Source: Gemmatimonadales bacterium (GTDB taxonomy: Bacteria > Gemmatimonadota > Gemmatimonadetes > Gemmatimonadales > GWC2-71-9). From it: a stretch of DNA of 64,000 nt. Within the stretch, counting starts at the first letter, position 1; every line of letters starts with the position of its first letter. The notes beneath the pieces were generated by a model, which was not told the origin of the DNA, made no database searches, and was given only the letters and a program-made list of their open reading frames with translations. The translations under genes were made by a program, and so were the position numbers. The DNA is taken from NCBI GenBank assembly GCA_037189525.1, contig JBBCJC010000001.1, positions 192,001-256,000 of the forward strand, read 5' to 3'. Positions 56,891 through 64,000 of this stretch are shown here, one piece after another.

Positions 56891-58254
56891 GACTGGACGG
56901 CGACCGGACTCCGCGCCGGCGCCATGGACCGGGCCGCCAGGCGATCGCGCATGGCCACGACCTTGAGCGCCCCCAGCGAGAGACCAAAGGCAGTCCAGAT
57001 GAACGCGCCCCACGCGAGAGTCAGGAAGGATCCGGCCACAGCCAAGGCAATCAGGTGCAGAATCAGCGCATCGCACATTGCCGCTTCTTCGGGTCGGGGC
57101 GGCCTCGCTTTTCTGGCGCGCCCGGCCACCCGCTTGAGCATCACGATCGGCACCAGAAACGCCATGGCGAATGCCACCAGGCCCGGAACGCCCAATTCAG
57201 ACCCCATCTCGACCCAGATCGAGTGCGGCGCAGACCACCGCGTCCCCTGCCCCATCTCGTTGAGCTGCCGCACCGTCACGCTGTTGCCGTCCCGGAACGC
57301 GAAGTTGTTGATACCGACGCCGAAGACAGGGCTTTCGATCATGTATCCCATGCCGCGCGTCCACAGCGCCTTGCGGCCCGTCGTCTCCGTGGCGTTGTAG
57401 TCCTCGTTCAACGTCGTGATGGACCGCATCTGGGTCCAGTACCATTCCGACCCCGATGCCGCCACACCACCGATCACGATGCCAAGAAACGCCAGACGAT
57501 ACAGCAGCTTGGCGCCCTGAAAGAAGAAGATGACATAGAGGAGCACGGCGCCGAACGCGATGAAAGCACCGCGGGAACCGCTCAACACGAATGCCTGAAT
57601 CAGCGCAGCCGCCCCGCCGACACTCAACAACTTGACGATGATATTCCCGGTCGCAATGAAATACAGCGCAAACGGCACCGCGCCCACCATGAACATGGCA
57701 GCGTCGTTGGCGTCGTATGAGCCTTCACCCAGACCGCGAAAAGCGGAGGCATCCGAGGCCAGCAATGCGTAGATAACCGCGCCAACCAGGTATACCGCAG
57801 CCAGGCGCCGCAGATCGTGGAAGTCGCGGATCGCGAGCGCCAGGATGAAAAACAGAATGGCGGTCTTGTAGACATCGCCCATGAGGTACGAAATCGATGC
57901 GCCCGGGTAGACCCCGAACGGGGCGCTCAAGGTCGCCCAGACCAGCAGGAACGCCGCCACCTTACCGTAAGGCAGTTTGAGGCGCTGCCAGGCGCGGGCG
58001 CCTCGCGGATTCATCACCCACACCGCCACACTGGCCAGCGCCGCGAGCGTGATCGGCCGGAGGGCGGTCATCCCGGGCACGAGATGGTGAACCCGGGCCA
58101 CCGCCGTGAGGATGAAGGCACAGGCGCAAATCATCAGAAAATCGAGCGATTTGCGCTTCTCGACAGGCGGCACCGGCCCCCCGGAACCCCGGCGGACAGG
58201 CCTTGGCTGACCAACCGACGTGTGCTGCGGCAACGCAACAGCCGTTGCGCTCAT
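56887..58254 (-). CDS. O-antigen ligase / Wzy-like polymerase
   Basis: Multi-TM; DANDAA, SGSRGAF, GRKALW, PVFGVG..NF and APHSIW.E..SELG..G. Confidence 0.9.
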   Translation of the reverse strand: MSATAVALPQHTSVGQPRPVRRGSGGPVPPVEKRKSLDFLMICACAFILTAVARVHHLVPGMTALRPITLAALASVAVWVMNPRGARAWQRLKLPYGKVAAFLLVWATLSAPFGVYPGASISYLMGDVYKTAILFFILALAIRDFHDLRRLAAVYLVGAVIYALLASDASAFRGLGEGSYDANDAAMFMVGAVPFALYFIATGNIIVKLLSVGGAAALIQAFVLSGSRGAFIAFGAVLLYVIFFFQGAKLLYRLAFLGIVIGGVAASGSEWYWTQMRSITTLNEDYNATETTGRKALWTRGMGYMIESPVFGVGINNFAFRDGNSVTVRQLNEMGQGTRWSAPHSIWVEMGSELGVPGLVAFAMAFLVPIVMLKRVAGRARKARPPRPEEAAMCDALILHLIALAVAGSFLTLAWGAFIWTAFGLSLGALKVVAMRDRLAARSMAPARSPVAVQS

Positions 58255-58382
58255 TTGCATCGACCTACCATAACTGTTGCGTACGCGCATCGTCAGCCAT
58301 ACCGTTACGAGGACATGGGCCTAGTCCCAAACTTGCACCGGGAGGATCCCAAACGGGACCGCCCCCAGACAACCGGACCAGG

Positions 58383-59600
58383 ATGCTACTCGTCTCCATC
58401 GTCATTTTCAGCGTCGCTGCAATATTCTTGCTCCCGACGCTGTCCGACCTCATCAGCCTGCTTGCCCTCCGCCGAGGCACCGGCCCCCTGGTTCCCCCGG
58501 CGCAGGACACCCGATTTCTCATCCTGATCCCGGCTCACGACGAGGAGCTCCTGATCAGCCATACGGTAGAGTCCACCCGGGCACTCCGGTGGCCGCCGCA
58601 TCTGGTTCGGACCATCGTGATCGCCGACAATTGCACCGATGCCACCGCCGAGGTCGCCCGGGCTGCGGGAGCCGAGGTGCTGGAGCGGCGCCACGAGACC
58701 CTTCGAGGCAAGCCACGCGCCATCGCCTGGGCCCTGGAGCGAGTCGACCTGGCGGATTATGACGCCGTGGTCGTCCTCGATGCCGATTCGCTGATCGACC
58801 CCGGATACTGCCAGGCAATCGCGTCGGCCGCGCCCGTCCGGTCGCGGGCCTTCCAGGGGTGGATCGATGTCAGCAACCGGACCGAAACCGCGCTGACGCG
58901 GATGGGCGCCGTCTTTTCGACGGCCCGTTGCCTGTACGCCAACGAACTCAAGACCCGAACCGGCCTGACCGTCCCCTTCGGCAACGGCCTCTGTCTGGGC
59001 GCCGAAGTGCTCGAACGGCATGGCTGGACCGCGTTCTCGATCTGCGAAGACTGGGAACTCTATGCCATCCTGACCGAGCAGGGCGTACCAGTCCTCGGCG
59101 TTCCCGCCGCCCATACCTATTCGCAGGAAGCGAAGACGCTCAAGCAGGGCTCGAGCCAGCGCAGCCGATGGGCCGCCGGGAAGACGACCGTGCTGGCCCG
59201 GTACCTGGGCCCCTTGCTGCGGACCCGTCGGATCGGCTGGCGCCAGAAACTCGATGCGGTAGCGGAGCTGACGGGCCTGGGCCCGGTCGTGCATGCGGGC
59301 GTTGCGGCGCTCCTGTCGATGCTGGCCGCCGCCCTGGCCGTGCCCGGCTGGCCCTGGCTGGTGGCACTCCTGCTTGGCTCGCTCTTACGCACCGTGGTGC
59401 TCACCGCGCTGGCCCTTCGTCACGACCCGGAACCCGGCAAGGCCATCCTCGCGTTCCTCTACCTCCCCTGGTACGCCGTCTGGCGCATCGTGGTCCAGGT
59501 CAAGTCGTTCGGGATGCTGGGCGACAAACCCTGGGTCCGTACCGATCGTCATGCCCAACAGCCGGCCGATACCCCGCCGCTCGATCGTCAAGGCCCCTGA
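58383..59600 (+). CDS. Glycosyltransferase family 2, membrane-bound (D,D,D,QxxRW type)
   Basis: IPAHDEE, ADNCTD, LDAD, EDWE and QRSRW, with flanking TM helices. Confidence 0.92.
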   Translation: MLLVSIVIFSVAAIFLLPTLSDLISLLALRRGTGPLVPPAQDTRFLILIPAHDEELLISHTVESTRALRWPPHLVRTIVIADNCTDATAEVARAAGAEVLERRHETLRGKPRAIAWALERVDLADYDAVVVLDADSLIDPGYCQAIASAAPVRSRAFQGWIDVSNRTETALTRMGAVFSTARCLYANELKTRTGLTVPFGNGLCLGAEVLERHGWTAFSICEDWELYAILTEQGVPVLGVPAAHTYSQEAKTLKQGSSQRSRWAAGKTTVLARYLGPLLRTRRIGWRQKLDAVAELTGLGPVVHAGVAALLSMLAAALAVPGWPWLVALLLGSLLRTVVLTALALRHDPEPGKAILAFLYLPWYAVWRIVVQVKSFGMLGDKPWVRTDRHAQQPADTPPLDRQGP

Positions 59601-59927
59601 GCCACCCCGTCGCTCGCTCGGCGGGAAACCCCTGCCGAGTGAATCGACCCGCGACTCGGCACTTCCTGTAAACCCAACGTAGGTCATCACGGCAGCTGCG
59701 CACGGGCAGCCGACCGCCCTGGGCACCACGCGATAGGCCCCGCGCCGAGCCCCGCATCAGCACTCGCTCGACCAGCCACGACGGACCAGACGACGCATGG
59801 CACAGCGGGTTGTGAATCGCAGCCTGCCGGCGGCGCTCGACCGGCCGATCATACGAGCACCGAATGCCCGCAAGTATCCGATCACGGCCCGGGCCGCCGC
59901 GGTGCGACGGCTGATCCGGAAACGGCG

Positions 59928-59964
59928 ACGCCGCGGTCACTCGGCAATCGAGTGACCGCGGCGT
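59928..59964. terminator. Perfect 16-bp hairpin just downstream of the Ig-repeat gene
   Basis: ACGCCGCGGTCACTCG-gcaat-CGAGTGACCGCGGCGT; the U-tract is weak. Confidence 0.65.
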
Positions 59965-59983
59965 GGTCTGACCACCCGGGACG

Positions 59984-62900
59984 TCAGGGCCGCGTGCTGA
60001 GGCGCGTGTGGTCGAACCGAACCGTGTACGCCGTCGGGTTGGAACCGCCCGACCCGCTCTCCTGTGGCGTGAACTTCGCTCGTGAGAACGCCCCCGCCGA
60101 GTAGTTCTGGTTGGTGTGAGTGCCCTGCAGCACGCCGTCCACCCACCACTGCAGCACATGACTCCCGCCGCTCCCCGAGCGATCCAGCGACATCTCGACC
60201 CGGTGCCACTTGTCTCGCTTGAGCGGCGTCGCGGTCCGGTTCGCCAGCGGATACTGTCCTCCGCTAAAGATGCGCAGGTAGAAGTCGCCCGTCGTCGGAT
60301 CGCCGGTCCACTTGCTCGCCACCAGAATCACGTTGTTCGGCTCGATGTAGGCAAGCTTGTGCAGCATCGACTTCGTCGGGAACGTCGAACCCAGCTTGAA
60401 CCAGAAGGCCCAGTACAGACGATTGGTGCCCTTGAAGGTGTACTCGAGCATCGGCGCGCCGCCGGCTCGCGCACCAACCGGGAAGGTCCATTCGAGCACC
60501 AGCGGACCGGAGACCGGAGCGCTCGCATCGCTGACCGTACCCAGCCGCACACCTTCCGACGACGGGTTCCAGGCCTCGTCCCACCCGCCCGCCTTGAGCG
60601 AGCTGGTGAAGCCATAGTCGGTGATCAGCGTCGACCCGGTGGGTTCGTTCGGATACAACCCGCCAGACTGAGGCGGCTCGGGGGGCGTCTGGGCCGCTTC
60701 GACCGTCACCGTTGCCGGTGGAGCAGAGACGCCGCCCGTCGACGCGTTGACGCGATAGTTGCCCGAGGTGCTCGGCGCCGAGTACACCCCCGTCGTCGAG
60801 ATCGAGCCACCAGTGGTCGAGTAAGACACGGCCGCCGGACGGTTGACGCCGTCGGACCAGGTCGCCATCGCCTGATACTGCTGGGTACCGCCGGCATCGA
60901 TCTGCGTGTTGCCCGGCGTCAGCGCCAGCGCCGTCACGACCGGCGCCGCAACCGTCACCGTACTCGTATCGGCAATCGTCCCGTCCTGATGGCGCGCGAT
61001 GACACGATAGGTTCCAGGCGTACCGGGCGCGGTAAAGAGACCCGTCGTCGCCCCGATCGAACCGCCGGTCGCGCTCCACCGAACCGACGGCGCGGTGGTC
61101 GACCCGTTGCTCCAGGTGGCGGCGACGGTGAACTGCTGCGTCAATCCGGTCTGCACCGTCGCCGTCTTGGGCGACACACGCAAGGCGGTCAGCGTCGGCG
61201 CCGTTACGGCAACCGTCAGATTGACGGTATCGGCAATGGTGCCCCCGTTCTGCCGCGCGATGACCCGATAGGTTCCCGCGCTGGATCCGGCCGTGAACAA
61301 CCCGGTCGACGAGATCGACCCGCCGGTCGCGGACCACGTCACGGCCGGCGCACCCGAACCGCCGTTGGTCCAGACCCCGCTGACCGTATACTGCTGCGTC
61401 GCGCCCGCAGCCACCGTCACGCCGCTCGGCGAGACGTCGAGACCAACCAGCTGTGGCGCGGCCACCGTCACCGTCACGTCGCTCGTGTCCGCGAGACGCC
61501 CGCCCTGCTGCGTCGCAATGACGCGGTACCGCCCGGCCGTCGAGCCGGCGACGAACACGCCGCTCGATGAAATACTGCCACCGGTTGCCGAGTACGTCAC
61601 CGTCGGCGTACCGCTCCCGCCGTTGGTCCAGACGCCGGTAACCGAGAATCGCTGCGTCGAACCGGCCTGCACCGTCGCCGATGACGGCGACAGCACGACG
61701 CCAGTCAGGACTGGAGCGGGCTGCGGGATCGTCACGGCACTGGTGTCGGCCAGGCCGGACTGGTGCCGGGCAATGACCCTGAACGTGCCGGCCGTGGAGC
61801 CGGCGGTGTAGACACCGGTTCCCGAGATGGTCCCACCCGTCGCGGTCCATGTAACCGCCGGGATCCCTGAACCGCCGTTGGTCCAGGATCCGTTGGCAAC
61901 GAACGCCTGCTGCCGGCCCGACTGGACCGTTGCCTGGGCCGGCGTTACAACGACGGCCCGCAGGACCGGGGCGGGCGCGGACACCGTTACCAGACTGGTG
62001 TCGGCGGTACCGTTCGAGGTGCGACCAATGACCCGAAACGTTCCGGTCGACGACCCGGCGGTAAACCGGCCGGCGTTGGTGATGGTGCCACCGGTGGCCG
62101 TCCACGTCACCGGCGCCGCCGAGGAGGCGGAGCCGTCGCTCAACGTAGCATTGGCGGAGAACAGCGCCGTCTTACCGGTTTCGACCGTCACACGCTCGGG
62201 ATCGACCGCCAGACGCGACACGCTGGGCGCAGTCACGCGCACCTCACTCGTGTCCGCCCGCGTTCCCCCCTCGTGCGTGGCAATGACGCGGTAGCTCCCC
62301 GGCGTCGACCCGGCCCGGTAGACACCGGCGTCCGAAATCGTACCGCCCGTAGCCCGGTAGGTGACCGGCGGCACTGTCGACGACCCGTCACTCCACGATC
62401 CCGCCACCGTAAACGTCTGACTCTCACCCGCGCCTAACGTCACCGAGCCCGGGTTGAGCACCAGTTGCGACAGCGTGGCGGCAGGCGATCCGACCACGAC
62501 CTGCGCCGTGTCCGAGACGTTGCCGACCGTCGCGATCACGGTGTACTGCCCGTCGCGCTGCCCTGCCCGGAAGACGCCGAAATTATCGATTGAGCCGCCC
62601 GTCGCTTTCCAGGACGGCGAGACCATCCGGTTCGAACCATCCGAATACCGGGCGGACGCCAGAAAGAGCATCCACCCGCCGCGGCTGAGCCGCACCGATC
62701 CCGGTGTAATAGACACGCCGGTCACGGAGGCTGGCTTGATCCGCACGACGGCACGCGCAAGCTGCGAAGAACCGCGGGCGCTCGCCACGACGACGAAATC
62801 CCCCTCGGTCGAGAGGGCGGTAAAATTGCCCTTCGCATCGATGGTGCCGCCGTCGGTGCTGTAGTCCACCGTCGACGGCGTCGTGATCGTCCCGTCGGTC

Positions 62901-63631
62901 CACTCGGCCTTGACATCGAACTGTTCGTGACCGCCGGCAACGACATCGACCTCCGCCGGCTCGATCCGCACGGTGCGCAGCTGCCGACGCGGCTGTACGA
63001 AGACGGCCGACGTGTCGGACAGGCCGTTGGCCGCGATCGCGACGACGATGAAGGGGCCCTCGTCGGTCGCCGAATAAAGACCCGACCCGTCGATCGTCCC
63101 GCCGGAAGCCGTCCAGAAGATTGGGACCGTGGCGCTGGCACCGCTCTGCAGTTTCGCGTGGGCGGTGAACTGCTGCACGTCACCGAGTTCGAGATTGAGA
63201 TGCTTCGGGGTCATCTCGACCGACGTCACCGGATTGTCCGGTCCGACGACATAGACGGCCGCGGAGTCCGCCTTGTCGGCCTGCTGCACCGACCGGGCAA
63301 CGACCCAGTAGGTGCCCGGCGTCGGCGCCGAGAAGTTTCCGGAACCGTCGACCGTCCCGCCACTGGCCGTCCACATCACCTCGACCCCGACGCTGTCCCC
63401 CGCGGCCCGGTGTCCGAACGCGGCAAAAGAGATCGGCTCTCCTCGCTGGACCGTCCCCAGACTCGGCGACACGATCAGTCGCGAGATCGCCGCATTCGGC
63501 GGACCTTCGGAGGCCGGTGGCCCCAGGAACTCCCGCTTCTGCCCCTCTTCCGCGCAGCCGGCCAAGACGACCAGTGCGAGTGCCCAGACTTGAATTTGAA
63601 GAGCCGTGACCCGACGCCGCGCAGTCCTCAT
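59984..63631 (-). CDS. Large lipoprotein with ~11 bacterial Ig-like repeats and a C-terminal beta-sandwich (lectin/lyase-like) domain
   Basis: Lipobox LAGC; ~85-aa repeats (V.P....V..G..Q.F...W.ATGG.I...G.F.A....G.Y.V.A...ADT..VTV); C-terminal WHRVEM...LQWWVDG. Confidence 0.88.
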   Translation of the reverse strand: MRTARRRVTALQIQVWALALVVLAGCAEEGQKREFLGPPASEGPPNAAISRLIVSPSLGTVQRGEPISFAAFGHRAAGDSVGVEVMWTASGGTVDGSGNFSAPTPGTYWVVARSVQQADKADSAAVYVVGPDNPVTSVEMTPKHLNLELGDVQQFTAHAKLQSGASATVPIFWTASGGTIDGSGLYSATDEGPFIVVAIAANGLSDTSAVFVQPRRQLRTVRIEPAEVDVVAGGHEQFDVKAEWTDGTITTPSTVDYSTDGGTIDAKGNFTALSTEGDFVVVASARGSSQLARAVVRIKPASVTGVSITPGSVRLSRGGWMLFLASARYSDGSNRMVSPSWKATGGSIDNFGVFRAGQRDGQYTVIATVGNVSDTAQVVVGSPAATLSQLVLNPGSVTLGAGESQTFTVAGSWSDGSSTVPPVTYRATGGTISDAGVYRAGSTPGSYRVIATHEGGTRADTSEVRVTAPSVSRLAVDPERVTVETGKTALFSANATLSDGSASSAAPVTWTATGGTITNAGRFTAGSSTGTFRVIGRTSNGTADTSLVTVSAPAPVLRAVVVTPAQATVQSGRQQAFVANGSWTNGGSGIPAVTWTATGGTISGTGVYTAGSTAGTFRVIARHQSGLADTSAVTIPQPAPVLTGVVLSPSSATVQAGSTQRFSVTGVWTNGGSGTPTVTYSATGGSISSSGVFVAGSTAGRYRVIATQQGGRLADTSDVTVTVAAPQLVGLDVSPSGVTVAAGATQQYTVSGVWTNGGSGAPAVTWSATGGSISSTGLFTAGSSAGTYRVIARQNGGTIADTVNLTVAVTAPTLTALRVSPKTATVQTGLTQQFTVAATWSNGSTTAPSVRWSATGGSIGATTGLFTAPGTPGTYRVIARHQDGTIADTSTVTVAAPVVTALALTPGNTQIDAGGTQQYQAMATWSDGVNRPAAVSYSTTGGSISTTGVYSAPSTSGNYRVNASTGGVSAPPATVTVEAAQTPPEPPQSGGLYPNEPTGSTLITDYGFTSSLKAGGWDEAWNPSSEGVRLGTVSDASAPVSGPLVLEWTFPVGARAGGAPMLEYTFKGTNRLYWAFWFKLGSTFPTKSMLHKLAYIEPNNVILVASKWTGDPTTGDFYLRIFSGGQYPLANRTATPLKRDKWHRVEMSLDRSGSGGSHVLQWWVDGVLQGTHTNQNYSAGAFSRAKFTPQESGSGGSNPTAYTVRFDHTRLSTRP

Positions 63632-63698
63632 GTCCATTCCCCAAAGCCGCGTTGAAAGCTTGGGCGACCACCACGATCGCCTCACCCCAGGCGGGATT

Positions 63699-63714
63699 GG
63701 CAAGGAACGGACCA
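63699..63714 (-). promoter_or_regulatory. Putative sigma54 promoter for the Ig-repeat gene
   Basis: Minus strand TGGTCCGTTCCTTGCC = GG-N10-GC. Confidence 0.65.
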
Positions 63715-63920
63715 GATTAATGTAGAATAATTTTACATACTATAGAGCGATGACATGTAAAGCTACAAAGCAATTATTCTCAATGAGTTACATAAACCAT
63801 GACCACGAATCATTCATAAAATGACGTACAATAACTATACACTTTACCGACATCATCTGAGTGCAATGGCTTGCGCGCAAACCCGGCTCAACCCTTCTTA
63901 TCTGACTCCAAATTCCGGTA

Positions 63921-63933
63921 AATCAATAGCTTA
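63921..63933 (+). promoter_or_regulatory. IHF consensus site in an AT-rich upstream region
   Basis: AATCAATAGCTTA matches WATCAANNNNTTR exactly; a one-mismatch copy TCTCAATGAGTTA is at 63778. Confidence 0.55.
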
Positions 63934-64000
63934 CAACACACCCGGCGGCGACCCGCCATTACCCCCGCTCAAATCGCCGTTGCGCCCACGCATCGTCTCG

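Noticed and set aside
58322..58337. TAGTCCCAAACTTGCA as a sigma54 promoter for the GT2 at 58383
   Set aside because: AG rather than GG at -24; plausible but not supportable.
59601..59927. Possible sRNA or small ORF in the gap between convergent genes, including a hairpin near 59618-59640
   Set aside because: No recognisable RNA family, RBS or coding signal; the hairpin is adequately explained as a terminator-like element.
60660..60700. PPEPPQ in the Ig-repeat protein (and PPEPEQ in the PKS) as a PEP-CTERM signal
   Set aside because: These are internal proline linkers, not followed by a TM helix and basic tail.
60700..63480. Periodic DNA repeats resembling a CRISPR or tandem array
   Set aside because: They are degenerate ~255-bp coding repeats of the Ig-like domains, with no identical short repeats separated by unique spacers.

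Overview
GC-rich bacterial DNA; gene content and style suggest Gemmatimonadota, which is an inference. The left 14.7 kb is housekeeping and accessory: the end of an NAD-linked formate dehydrogenase operon (fdsA, fdsD), two tandem M19 dipeptidase lipoproteins, an imuA-imuB-dnaE2 mutagenesis cassette, thiE, a baeRF3-like gene and small hypotheticals. From about 14.7 kb to the right edge is one ~49 kb exosortase-linked surface-polysaccharide locus. It holds wecB, a sigma54 activator plus kinase, wzc, an OPX exporter, a priming transferase, exosortase plus EpsI, many glycosyltransferases, a flippase, a polymerase/ligase, a deacetylase and an Ig-repeat lipoprotein. Embedded in it is a thioesterase-less NRPS-PKS. 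The NRPS is A-T-C-A[LLM]-T. The PKS is KS-AT-KR[DH]-Asub-T. They are followed by a pair of exosortase-type alpha/beta hydrolases, an SGNH protein and a carbamoyltransferase/SxtJ/SxtK-like module whose 52-aa peptide ends in a DltX-like FIYxxF motif. Reading the intergenic DNA shows seven well-spaced sigma54 (-24/-12) promoters and a recurring 18-bp palindrome (YGWTGC-N6-GCAWCR), suggesting the locus is one enhancer-controlled regulon. No rRNA, tRNA, CRISPR or IS element was seen. All functional calls come from motif recognition, not database searches.
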